Positions 30,750 to 40,141 of a stretch of 64,000 nucleotides of DNA are shown here, piece by piece. Every line of letters starts with the position of its first letter. The first letter of the stretch is position 1. Below the pieces are notes generated by a model that saw only the letters and a list, made by a program, of their open reading frames with translations, had not been told where the DNA came from and ran no database searches. Both the position numbers and the translations under genes were made by a program. This DNA is from Minisyncoccota bacterium (lineage in GTDB: Bacteria > Patescibacteriota > Minisyncoccia > UBA6257). Location of the stretch: positions 15,314-79,313 of the forward strand of contig JAQVJU010000001.1 in NCBI GenBank assembly GCA_028694995.1. The letters are read 5' to 3'.

Positions 30750-30836
30750 TGGTGCCCAGGGTGGGACTCGAACCCACAAGCTTATAAAAGCCAAGCATTT
30801 TAAGTGCTTTGCGTATACCGATTCCGCCACCTGGGC
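30750..30836 (-). tRNA. tRNA-Leu(TAA), CCA encoded, no intron
   Basis: Reverse complement anticodon arm AAGCA-CTTAAAA-TGCTT. Confidence 0.94.
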
Positions 30837-30902
30837 TTTTTATATCTTAATAATTAAGATAAAGGATATGTAAATTTTCTAAGATTATATATTTTCTTCT
30901 TG

Positions 30903-30974
30903 AGGCGCGGGAGGGAATCGAACCCTCGCATCGAGGTTTTGCAGACCCCAGCGTTTCCACTTCGCCACCGCGCC
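30903..30974 (-). tRNA. tRNA-Cys(GCA), no CCA
   Basis: Reverse complement anticodon arm GGGGT-CTGCAAA-ACCTC; U73. Confidence 0.93.
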
Positions 30975-30988
30975 ACAAGTTTATCTTA

Positions 30989-32467
30989 TTAAATTTTTCT
31001 AAAAAATACAAGCCGATCTCCTTGCTCTATGGTTTTTGAACAGGAAACTAAAAGTCCACATTCTTCTCCTCTTTTAACTTCTGAAACTTCAATTCGATTT
31101 TTTTGTAAATTTAAGATTCTTCCTTGAGCTATTGTTTCTTCATTACGCACTAAATAAAAAGTATTTTTACCTTGAGCCTTGCCCTCAATTATCTTACCAC
31201 CAATTAATTGATTACCTTTAATGGGATTAAAAATAGCTAAAACTTCTAATTTGCCAAGGATTTCTTCTGTAGGTTTTTCTATAAATTTATGTTTTATCAA
31301 TTCTTCTGCTTTATCTTTGATTTCATAGATAATATCACCTTCAATTAAGTACAAATTATCTCTTGTTAATAATAAATTACTAATCTCAGGTTTTCTTTTA
31401 ACTCGAAAACCAATAATTAAAGCATCTTTAGAAGGAGTCAATTTAAAATCATTTTCAGATATATCACCAACTTCATTTTTAAAAAGCAAGAAAAGCCATT
31501 TATTATCTATACCAATTTGTTTTATAATTTCCTCTAAGGCTTCACCTGAGCCAACCGTATCACTTTTTATAATCAAAGGAATTTCAATTTCAGAATCTTT
31601 ATTGCCTAATTCTTTAATAATTTGACTAGATGTTTTAATAGGCTCTAATACTTCTATCTCTGTTTTTCCTGCATAGAAAGTTTCACCAACTGGGGCTAAT
31701 CCTTCAAGCCCAACCACTCTTACTGGCGCAGAAAAGGTTGCTTTTATTATAGGTTTTCCTTTAAAGTTTTCCAATATTTTTACTTTGCCTGAAATATTTC
31801 CCACTATAATTTCATCTTTTAAATGAAGAGTGCCATCAGTAATAATCAAACTAGCAGTATTGCCTCTAAAGCGGTCTAAACGAGATTCTATTACAATACC
31901 TGAGGCTGCATTATTAGGATTGGCTTTTAGTTCTTGCATTTCTGATAAAAGAATCACTAATTCTAAAAGCTCATCAACCCCTTCTCCAGTTTTTGAAGAA
32001 ACCCCAACACAAGGCACATCTCCACCACGCCCTTCTAGTAAAACACCTAATTCACTTAATTCATTTTTAACTTTTTCTAAATTAGCTGTTGGTTTGTCTA
32101 TTTTAGTCAAAGCAATAATAAAAGGAATTTCTGCATTTTTAATAATATCAAAAGATTCTTTTGTTTGTAATTTAATACCTTCTTCTGCAGCAACAACTAA
32201 AATCGCAATATCAGCAACTTTAGCTCCACGAGAACGAATCTTAAAAAAAGCTTCATGTCCTGGAGTGTCAATAAAGGTAATCTTATGTTTATCAACCTCT
32301 ATCTCATAAGCTCCTATGTGCTGAGTAATCCCTCCTGTTTCTTCATCAACAATCTTTGTCTTTTTAATATAATCTAAAAGACTAGTTTTTCCATGATCAA
32401 CATGACCTAAAACTACAATAACTGGAGGACGGGAAATTAAGCCTGGTTGTATGCCTTTGTTTTTCAT
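30989..32467 (-). CDS. infB: Translation initiation factor IF-2, short form (start corrected)
   Basis: 'RPPVIVVLGHVDHGKTSLLD', 'GGITQHIGAY', 'DTPGHEAF', 'GEECG'. Confidence 0.96.
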   Translation of the reverse strand: MKNKGIQPGLISRPPVIVVLGHVDHGKTSLLDYIKKTKIVDEETGGITQHIGAYEIEVDKHKITFIDTPGHEAFFKIRSRGAKVADIAILVVAAEEGIKLQTKESFDIIKNAEIPFIIALTKIDKPTANLEKVKNELSELGVLLEGRGGDVPCVGVSSKTGEGVDELLELVILLSEMQELKANPNNAASGIVIESRLDRFRGNTASLIITDGTLHLKDEIIVGNISGKVKILENFKGKPIIKATFSAPVRVVGLEGLAPVGETFYAGKTEIEVLEPIKTSSQIIKELGNKDSEIEIPLIIKSDTVGSGEALEEIIKQIGIDNKWLFLLFKNEVGDISENDFKLTPSKDALIIGFRVKRKPEISNLLLTRDNLYLIEGDIIYEIKDKAEELIKHKFIEKPTEEILGKLEVLAIFNPIKGNQLIGGKIIEGKAQGKNTFYLVRNEETIAQGRILNLQKNRIEVSEVKRGEECGLLVSCSKTIEQGDRLVFFRKI

Positions 32468-32482
32468 AATAAATAAAATGAG

Positions 32483-32564
32483 CGGAGGAGACAGGACTCG
32501 AACCTGCAAGCCCTTACGGGCACCAGTTTTCAAGACTGGCGCATTACCATTCTGCCACTCCTCC
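32483..32564 (-). tRNA. tRNA-Ser(TGA), no CCA
   Basis: Reverse complement anticodon arm CCAGT-CTTGAAA-ACTGG; variable arm GCCC-GTAA-GGGC. Confidence 0.94.
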
Positions 32565-32574
32565 AAAATGGTCG

Positions 32575-32645
32575 TGCCCCTACCAGGATTCGAACCTGGA
32601 TTAATGGCTTAAGAGGCCACTACTCTACCGTTGAGTTATAGGGGC
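32575..32645 (-). tRNA. tRNA-Lys(CTT), no CCA
   Basis: Reverse complement anticodon arm GTGGC-CTCTTAA-GCCAT. Confidence 0.92.
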
Positions 32646-32969
32646 ATCAGTATTTTATTCTTAAAATAGTTTAAGTGCACTTTGTCGCCTACAACAATAA
32701 CAATCAGATTCTAAGAACTTAAGTAACTACTCCGTAAACTTAAATAATTTTAAGTTTTTCTGTAAACTAATCGTAACTCATTACAATAAATTTTTCAAGA
32801 AAAATGAGATTAACAAATTTACTGCCTTGTAATAAATGCCTTAGCTCTTTTGTCACAAGAAAAGCCCTCTTTGGAATTTTCGTTATTAATGAATCCCTTA
32901 GAGGGCATGAGTACAAACAAGAGTACAAAATAGAAAAGTATTATCATAGGCAGGAAAGCCCCTCCTCTC

Positions 32970-33665
32970 TCATCTGTATAGGATATCGGTACCGATCACG
33001 ACAAGGTTCTTCTTAGAATGACCAAGCTTGATGGGTTCATGTCTCCTAACGACAACTTTGTGCATGTCATCAGTAAGTGTAAGCAATACTAATTCTCTGT
33101 TCCAGCACCGACTGGTTTTCGGTTTTTGAGGAAAACTCTCTTCTGTCTCGTTTTGCCATCCCCAAATGCTCCCGTCTTTTTCAATCCCGTACCCAGCCTG
33201 ATAGTCACCGTCAGAGTTCTCTTCTATCCAAATCCACCAGCTCCAGAGGCTTTCATCTTTTTCAATACTGAACTCAAGACTATATTTACCAATATAATAC
33301 GATGTCTTCGAGAACAAAGCCTCGGGCTTCTGTCCGTTGGCCGGATAGAAATTAATATAATAGAACTTTTTATCTCCATCCTTTTTCTCCATCACAACAA
33401 CTTTTGCGGGCTGCCAGACGGCTTTAATTAAAGTATTTTTGGCTTTGTAGATATCTTCCCAGGAATCCTCTGGATTAATTGCTTTTGCCGCTTGGAGCGT
33501 AGTAAGCCGATAATCTGAGATGAAGAAATTATGCCCAACTCTAACTCCACCACCTGTGGACTGAATTACAAACCGCACAAAGTCCTTGTCATCAACTAAA
33601 AAGTTGTTAACGTTAATCTCTATTCGTACATTCGCCACTACCTGAATCAACATCTGATTTTCCAT
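32970..33665 (-). CDS. Hypothetical Trp/Tyr-rich beta protein (accessory)
   Basis: 231-aa ORF with a strong SD (AAGGAGGGG) and composition unlike the core genes. Confidence 0.75.
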   Translation of the reverse strand: MENQMLIQVVANVRIEINVNNFLVDDKDFVRFVIQSTGGGVRVGHNFFISDYRLTTLQAAKAINPEDSWEDIYKAKNTLIKAVWQPAKVVVMEKKDGDKKFYYINFYPANGQKPEALFSKTSYYIGKYSLEFSIEKDESLWSWWIWIEENSDGDYQAGYGIEKDGSIWGWQNETEESFPQKPKTSRCWNRELVLLTLTDDMHKVVVRRHEPIKLGHSKKNLVVIGTDILYR

Positions 33666-33683
33666 GATACCCCTCCTTTTTTA

Positions 33684-33820
33684 CCCATAGGATTGAATTT
33701 GTCTTTACAGACATCCATGGGCAGGAATCGTCGCGACCATGCAATAATTACCACTCACCGTGAGTAGTATACTGAATACCAAAAATTTGATATCCAAAAC
33801 ACTACTCACTTAAGTGGTAA
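33684..33820 (-). ncRNA. Putative structured leader RNA (two stem-loops)
   Basis: Long stem 33748-33820 with G.U pairs on the minus strand; second stem 33684-33721 with a GTAA tetraloop. Confidence 0.4.
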
Positions 33821-34067
33821 AGAAGAAGTGACTTTCCTTTTTCATTTTTTTAATGTGCTAATTGTATTTGAAATAAGATTCTTGAAACTTTCCTTAAAAA
33901 CCTATCTCTCTTATTTTAACGCTACTTTCTAACGTTATTAGTATTGAAGATATTGTAAGATTTGTCATGATGTTGAGAAATATCTGTTAAAAAGTAACTT
34001 TTTGATAAAAACAGAAATTATTGTTGTTAATTTTTAATTAGGTAAAGCAAAAACTGAAATTTAATAC

Positions 34068-34144
34068 TGGTGCCCTCGGCAGGAGTCGAACCTGCAATCT
34101 TCTGTTCCGAAGACAGAAATGTTATCCAGTTACACCACGAGGGC
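34068..34144 (-). tRNA. tRNA-Arg(TCG), CCA encoded
   Basis: Reverse complement anticodon arm TCTGT-CTTCGGA-ACAGA. Confidence 0.93.
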
Positions 34145-34223
34145 TCATTGAAAAATAGAGTGTTTTACTCTATGATTAAAGAAGAATCTTTGGTTTTTTA
34201 ATTATAATGAAAAATCCGTAATT

Positions 34224-35723
34224 ATGCAAATCCCTAAAGAAATTTTAAACATCTTAGAAAAGCTTACCAAAGCTAATTTTGAAGCTTATATTGTTGGCGG
34301 TTGTGTCAGAGACCTGCTTATTCATCCTGCTCAAAACCCTAAAGATTGGGATATTGCCACTAATGCCCTACCTGAACAAATCCAAGCAATCTTCCCTGAT
34401 AGTCTATATGAGAATAATTTTGGCACCATAGCAGTAAAAACAAGATCAAAAGATCCAACTTTAAAGATAATAGAAATTACCACTTTCCGAAAAGAAGGAA
34501 AATACACTGATAAAAGACATCCAGATAAGATTCAATTTGCAAAAACAATAGAAGAAGATCTTTGTCGTCGTGATTTTACTATTAATACCATAGCTCTAAA
34601 AATTGAAACTTTTAAAAGCCAAAAACCAAAGTTTCAAATTATAGACCTGTATAATGGACAAAAAGATTTAAAAAACAAGATTATCCGAACAGTTGGTGAT
34701 CCAACAAATCGTTTTCAAGAAGATGGGTTAAGGTTAATGCGAGCTATTCGTTTAGCTTGCGAATTGAATTTTGAAATTGAACCTGAAACTCAAAAAGCTA
34801 TCAAAGCAAATTCTTCACTTTTGTCTTTTATCTCCAAGGAAAGAATCCGGGATGAATTTATTAAAATTATTAACACTCGACAAGCTGCTCAAGGAGTCTT
34901 GTTATTAAAAGAAACTAACTTATTAAAAGAAATCATCCCGGAAATAGAAGAATCAATAGGCGTTACCCAAAACAAACATCATATTTATACTGTTTGGGAG
35001 CATTTATGGCGCTCTTTAGATTATGCCGCTAAAAAAAATTTCAGTTTAGAAGTAAGATTAGCTAGTTTATTCCATGACATTGGTAAGCCTCAGGTTAAAC
35101 AGGGCGAGGGAATAGATTCTACTTTTTATAACCATGAATGGGTAGGAACTAAAATCTCAGCTAAAATTTTTAATCGGTTAAAATTCCCAAAATCCATTTC
35201 AGAAAAAACCCTTAAGTTAATCCGTTATCATCAATTTGTTTATGACCCAGAAATTACTACTGATGCTGCAATCCGAAGATTATTAGTCAAGGTTGGGAAA
35301 GAAAACATCCAAGAATTAGCCCAGGTAAGAGAAGCGGATCGTATTGGTTCTGGGTGCCCTAAAGCCTTGCCTTTTCGTTTACGCCATTTTCTTTTTCGTG
35401 TAGAAAAAGTTTTACAAGAACTAGAAGGAAACCAACCTTCTTTAAAAATTTTAAAGATAAATGGCAATGATCTTATCAAAAATCTAAAACTACAACCAGG
35501 ACCAAAGATTGGAGCTATTTTAAGCATTCTCTTAGAAGAAATTTTAGATAACCCTGAGAAAAATAATAAGAAAGATTTAGAAAAACTTGCTAAAGAATTA
35601 ATTGAATTACCAGAAAAAGAATTAATTAAAAAAAGAAAAATTGCTGAAAAAAAATATCAAAATCTCTTAGAAGAAGAGGAGATAAAAATTAAGAAAAAAT
35701 ACTATGTAGATAACGGGGCGTAG
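34224..35723 (+). CDS. cca: CCA tRNA nucleotidyltransferase with an HD domain
   Basis: 'VGGCVRD..KDWDIAT', 'RRDFTIN', 'EDGLRLMRAIR', 'ERIRDE', 'HDIGK'. Confidence 0.9.
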   Translation: MQIPKEILNILEKLTKANFEAYIVGGCVRDLLIHPAQNPKDWDIATNALPEQIQAIFPDSLYENNFGTIAVKTRSKDPTLKIIEITTFRKEGKYTDKRHPDKIQFAKTIEEDLCRRDFTINTIALKIETFKSQKPKFQIIDLYNGQKDLKNKIIRTVGDPTNRFQEDGLRLMRAIRLACELNFEIEPETQKAIKANSSLLSFISKERIRDEFIKIINTRQAAQGVLLLKETNLLKEIIPEIEESIGVTQNKHHIYTVWEHLWRSLDYAAKKNFSLEVRLASLFHDIGKPQVKQGEGIDSTFYNHEWVGTKISAKIFNRLKFPKSISEKTLKLIRYHQFVYDPEITTDAAIRRLLVKVGKENIQELAQVREADRIGSGCPKALPFRLRHFLFRVEKVLQELEGNQPSLKILKINGNDLIKNLKLQPGPKIGAILSILLEEILDNPEKNNKKDLEKLAKELIELPEKELIKKRKIAEKKYQNLLEEEEIKIKKKYYVDNGA

Positions 35724-35786
35724 TGTAGAGGCTAACACGCAGCGTTCGGGACGCTGAGATCGTGGGTTCAAATCCCGCCGCCCCGA
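35714..35786 (+). tRNA. tRNA-Pro(CGG), no CCA; overlaps the last 10 nt of cca
   Basis: Anticodon arm CAGCG-TTCGGGA-CGCTG; C1-G72. Confidence 0.92.
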
Positions 35787-35798
35787 CTTAATAATATT

Positions 35799-36572
35799 AT
35801 GAATTTATTTCAAACTATTGTTCTAAGTATTGTCCAAGGAATAACAGAGTTCTTGCCTGTTTCTAGTTCTGGCCATTTAGCTGTTCTTCAAACTATTTGG
35901 CAATTACCAGAATCTTCTATTGCCTTTGATACCTTACTTCATTTTGGCACTTTGGGTGCTATCTTAGCAATATTCTACAAAGACATTAAAGCAATTATTG
36001 AAAATAAAAACTGGAAAATAATTAAACTACTTATCATTGGCACTTTACCAGCAGCAATTTTTGGTTTGCTTTTTAAATCATTTATTGAAACTAAATTTAG
36101 CTCTTTAAAGTTTATTGGCTTTGCTTTTTTAATAACTGCCCTGTTTCTTTTCCTAACTAGATTTGCAACAAGATTCTCTGAGAAAAACCAACAAAATCAA
36201 ATTGATATAGAAAGCATTTCTTTTCTAGATGCTTTGATAATAGGCATAGCTCAAGCAATAGCGCTATTTCCTGGCATTTCCCGATCTGGAATGACAATTA
36301 CTGCTGGTTTATTTAGAAAATTAGAACCAAAAACCGCTTATGAATTTTCTTTTCTTTTAGCAATTCCTGCTATCTTAGGCGCTTTTGTTTTACAAATGCC
36401 AAACTTAATCCAACAAGCACAAAATAATTACCTTCTTTATGCCTTAGGAACTTTAATTGCTTTTATTATTGGTATTATCAGCTTAAAAGTTTTATCCAAG
36501 ATACTACAAAAAGGAAAATTCTTTTGGTTTTCTTTTTATTTATTAATCCTTGGCATTTTAATTTTAATTTAA
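35799..36572 (+). CDS. uppP: Undecaprenyl-diphosphatase
   Basis: 'QGITEFLPVSSSGHL', 'PGISRSG', 'FSFLLAIP'. Confidence 0.96.
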   Translation: MNLFQTIVLSIVQGITEFLPVSSSGHLAVLQTIWQLPESSIAFDTLLHFGTLGAILAIFYKDIKAIIENKNWKIIKLLIIGTLPAAIFGLLFKSFIETKFSSLKFIGFAFLITALFLFLTRFATRFSEKNQQNQIDIESISFLDALIIGIAQAIALFPGISRSGMTITAGLFRKLEPKTAYEFSFLLAIPAILGAFVLQMPNLIQQAQNNYLLYALGTLIAFIIGIISLKVLSKILQKGKFFWFSFYLLILGILILI

Positions 36573-36587
36573 ATAATTTTTATAAAA

Positions 36588-38324
36588 ATGCTCAAATCAG
36601 AAATCAAAAAATATATTCATCAATCTTTTAAAAAAGTAGCTAAAAAAAATAATTGGCCTCTGTTATCTATTAATGATATCCCTTTAGAAACTCCTGCTAT
36701 TGAACAATTTGGAGATTATAGCACCACCATTGCTTTTTTAATCAGTAAAAATGTTAAGAAATCTCCTTTAGAAATAGCTGAGATTTTAGTAAAAGAAATG
36801 AACCTACAATTACCCAATAAGATATTAAAGGTTGAGATAGCTAAAAATGGTTTTATTAATTTTTATCTTAATCCAATATTTATCCAAAAACAATTAGAGA
36901 AGATTTTAAAAAATAAAGAAACCTTTGGTTTTTCAAAAAAAGGAAAAAAAGAAAAAATTGTCATTGATTATTCATCACCTAATATTGCCAAGCCAATGCA
37001 TATTGGCCATTTACGCTCAACCATTATCGGAGAGGCCTTGGCTAATCTCTATGAATGCTTGGGTTATCAAGTAATTCGTTGGAATTACCTTGGTGATTGG
37101 GGAACTCAATTTGGAAAATTAATTGCTGCATATAAACTCTGGGGCAATAAAAAAGAAATAGAAAAAGCACCTATTGCTACCCTTCTTCATTTATATAGAA
37201 AATTCCATCAAGAATTAAAAAATAATCCAGAATTAGAAAAATTCGGCCAACAAGAATTTAAAAAACTAGAACAAGGTAATAAAGAAAACAGAAAATTGTG
37301 GCTTTGGTTTAAAAAAGAATCTTTAAAAGAATTTGAAAAAATCTATCATCTTTTAAATATTAAATTTGATCTTTTTGTCAGTGAAAGTTTTTTTGAAAAA
37401 GATCTTCTCCCTTTAATAAATTCTTTACATAAAAAAGGATTAACTCAAGAAAGCCAAGGGGCCATAATTATTCCTTTAGAAAAATATGGCCTACCTCCAG
37501 CCCTGATTCAAAAATCAGATGAAGCTTCTTTGTATCTTACCCGTGATTTGGCTTTAATTTCCTATCGTTTTAAAAAATACCAACCAATAAAAATTCTTTA
37601 TGTTGTTGGCAATGAACAAGACATACACTTTAAACAAGTTTTTACCTTAGCAAAAATACTTTTTCCAAAACAAAAAACCGAATTAGCGCATGTAAAATTT
37701 GGTTTAGTTTTATCAACAGAAAAGAAAAAATTCTCCACTAGAGAAGGTGAGTTAATTTCCTTAGACCAAGTAATTAATGAAGCGATTGAAAAATCCTTGG
37801 AGATAATTAAAAAGAAAAACACTGACTGGCCATTAAAAAAACAAGAGAAATTAGCTCAAGCTATTGCCCTTGGCGCCTTAAAGTTCAATGACTTAAAATC
37901 ATTCCGTACCCTTGATGTTGTTTTTGACTGGGATAAAATGCTTGATTTTTCTGGAAATACCAGTGTTTATCTTCAATATACTTATGCTCGGATAAATAAA
38001 ATTCTTACTAAAGCCAAAAAAACCAAAAATATTAAACCAAACTATTTGTCATTAAATCACCCTTTGGAAATTCAACTCATTAAAAAATTATCTGAATTTC
38101 CAGAAATAATAGAATTAAGCGCTGAAAAATATGCGCCAAATTACTTAGCCACTTATTTATTATCTCTTGCTGATTTATCTAATCAATACTATGAATCAGT
38201 CCCGGTGCTTAAAGAAGAAAATAAAGATCGCCTTCAAGCTCAATTAAATCTTTTACAAACCATTACCCAAATCTTAAAAAACGGTTTACAAATATTAGGG
38301 ATTCAAGTTTTAAAAGAAATTTAG
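36588..38324 (+). CDS. argS: Arginine--tRNA ligase
   Basis: 'DYSSPNIAKPMHIGHLRST', 'GDWGTQFG', 'YLQYTYARI'. Confidence 0.97.
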   Translation: MLKSEIKKYIHQSFKKVAKKNNWPLLSINDIPLETPAIEQFGDYSTTIAFLISKNVKKSPLEIAEILVKEMNLQLPNKILKVEIAKNGFINFYLNPIFIQKQLEKILKNKETFGFSKKGKKEKIVIDYSSPNIAKPMHIGHLRSTIIGEALANLYECLGYQVIRWNYLGDWGTQFGKLIAAYKLWGNKKEIEKAPIATLLHLYRKFHQELKNNPELEKFGQQEFKKLEQGNKENRKLWLWFKKESLKEFEKIYHLLNIKFDLFVSESFFEKDLLPLINSLHKKGLTQESQGAIIIPLEKYGLPPALIQKSDEASLYLTRDLALISYRFKKYQPIKILYVVGNEQDIHFKQVFTLAKILFPKQKTELAHVKFGLVLSTEKKKFSTREGELISLDQVINEAIEKSLEIIKKKNTDWPLKKQEKLAQAIALGALKFNDLKSFRTLDVVFDWDKMLDFSGNTSVYLQYTYARINKILTKAKKTKNIKPNYLSLNHPLEIQLIKKLSEFPEIIELSAEKYAPNYLATYLLSLADLSNQYYESVPVLKEENKDRLQAQLNLLQTITQILKNGLQILGIQVLKEI

Positions 38325-38340
38325 AATTAAAATAAAAGAC

Positions 38341-38420
38341 TTGACAAATATTTTCTGTTTGCTATACTAAGGATGCTGTCATTTAGAGAAGCTTGCTTCA
38401 ATAAGTGGCAGCATTTTTTT
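38341..38420 (+). promoter_or_regulatory. Promoter-like site followed directly by a terminator-like hairpin (possible small RNA, or the argS terminator)
   Basis: TTGACA-16nt-TATACT, then ATGCTGTCATTTA...TAAGTGGCAGCAT and a T run. Confidence 0.5.
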
Positions 38421-38453
38421 ATTAAACCCTTAATATAAGATTATTAAGTAGAC

Positions 38454-38482
38454 TTGACAAATTATAAATTTATAGTTATAAT
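38454..38482 (+). promoter_or_regulatory. Consensus sigma70 promoter
   Basis: TTGACA-17nt-TATAAT. Confidence 0.8.
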
Positions 38483-38547
38483 TTGTTTAGCATTTTGACA
38501 ATTTTAAATATTAAATAAAAAATTAGAAAGAAAGGAATTGAGCTGAA

Positions 38548-38892
38548 ATGAAAAATAAAGCTGTCTTGTTAATAATTATTTTTATTAGCTTGGTTTGTTT
38601 AAATGGGTGCTACTGTTGTGGTCCCTGTATTACCTGTCCGTCACCTACCCCTAAATGTAGTTTGACTGTTATTGCCACGTATACCAGTAATGTATACGGA
38701 TATGTATACATTAATAATCAAAATACTGGCAAATATATCGATTTCGAATACTCCCCGAGTATTCGATTCGAAAATCTGCCATGCAACCAGATGGTTAAAG
38801 TATACGTAGTAGATAGCGGCCCATGCTTTTCGCATGTGCAGCATATCTACTTAAATCCTGGTGGTAATACTTTGTATTTTACATATTGGTAG
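38548..38892 (+). CDS. Small Cys-rich putative lipoprotein with a PEGA-like beta domain
   Basis: Signal peptide with lipobox-like 'LNGC'; 'YVYINNQNTG'; own promoter and terminator. Confidence 0.75.
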   Translation: MKNKAVLLIIIFISLVCLNGCYCCGPCITCPSPTPKCSLTVIATYTSNVYGYVYINNQNTGKYIDFEYSPSIRFENLPCNQMVKVYVVDSGPCFSHVQHIYLNPGGNTLYFTYW

Positions 38893-38898
38893 CAACTT

Positions 38899-38927
38899 AA
38901 GCCCGTTCAATAAATGAACGGGTTTTT
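38899..38927 (+). terminator. Intrinsic terminator
   Basis: GCCCGTTCA-ATAAA-TGAACGGGT-TTTT. Confidence 0.85.
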
Positions 38928-39071
38928 CATTTAAATACTTATTATCTTACTATTGTCAATATTGGTAAAATATGGTATAATTTAAAATAGAAGAATCAAG
39001 GAATTAATCTTTCTTTGAATTAATCAATTTATTCTATATAATTAAAAAGAGTAAAATATCAATTTAAAAAA

Positions 39072-40139
39072 ATGTTAAAAAGAATAAAAAATTGGTTTTG
39101 GCCTACAAAAGAGAATAATTTTCATCCTGGTATTTTAAGTGATCGGGCTATTTCCATATTTATTCTTTTGTTTTTATTAGTCAAGGTTATCTTTAGTTTT
39201 AATCTTATTTTAGTAAAACAATCCTCTCTTTTTGCTGATGTAAGCGCTCAGGAGATTTTTCAATTAACTAATGATATTAGAAAACAAAGTGGTTTAACAC
39301 CAGTTTTAGAAAATTCTTTATTAAATCAAGCTGCGAGATATAAAGCTGAAGATATGTTGCAACATTCTTATTTTAGTCATTTCAGCCCTGCGGGAATTTC
39401 CCCTTGGTTTTGGATAGAAAAAGCTGGATATGATTATTATTATGCCGGAGAGAATTTAGCAATGAATTTTTTAGATAGCGAAGAAGTTGTTAAAGGCTGG
39501 TTTAATTCTCCTCGTCATCGAGATAATCTCTTAAATAAAAACTATCAGGAAATGGGTATTGCTGTTATCTCTGGTGATTTTAATAAAGAAGGAATTAATA
39601 GAATCTTAGTGGTTCAATTATTTGGCGCTAAAAAACACCAACCTTCAACACCAATAGCTTTAGCACAAGAACCAGAAACAACCCCAGAAAAAGAAACTGT
39701 CATTCCCTCAGAACAACATATAGAAGAATCTTTTGAGCAAACCCCTAGTGAAGTTTTATCTGAACAGGAACAACCAACTACTGAACCAACTGAGATTGCA
39801 TCAAGTAAGCCAACCATTCCTATAGAAACTACTCAAGAAGAAAGTCTTGTTCAACCTGAGCCAGAAATACCAGTGGCAACAGTATTATTAGAACAACAAA
39901 ACATTTTAAATAAAATAAACAACAATACTAGAAACCAAGTAGATATTATTAATAAAATTATCGCTGTTTTCATAATCTCTTTTGGTTTAATAATACTGTT
40001 TGGTATTGTTTTACAAAGACAATCTATTGATATTGGTATTTCTGAATTAGTTCTTAGAAGCTTTATTGTTATTATTTTAGGAATTTCATTTTTCACTTTT
40101 CAATTAGAAAGCATTATTGGAAACTTAATGATTTATTAA
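39072..40139 (+). CDS. CAP/SCP domain membrane protein
   Basis: 'LTN..R', 'YFSH', 'AGENLA', 'WFNSPRHRDNLL'. Confidence 0.92.
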   Translation: MLKRIKNWFWPTKENNFHPGILSDRAISIFILLFLLVKVIFSFNLILVKQSSLFADVSAQEIFQLTNDIRKQSGLTPVLENSLLNQAARYKAEDMLQHSYFSHFSPAGISPWFWIEKAGYDYYYAGENLAMNFLDSEEVVKGWFNSPRHRDNLLNKNYQEMGIAVISGDFNKEGINRILVVQLFGAKKHQPSTPIALAQEPETTPEKETVIPSEQHIEESFEQTPSEVLSEQEQPTTEPTEIASSKPTIPIETTQEESLVQPEPEIPVATVLLEQQNILNKINNNTRNQVDIINKIIAVFIISFGLIILFGIVLQRQSIDIGISELVLRSFIVIILGISFFTFQLESIIGNLMIY

Positions 40140-40141
40140 AG

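Noticed and set aside
30750-30836. Possible intron in tRNA-Leu(TAA), the classic group I host
   Set aside because: The anticodon loop is continuous, with no insertion.
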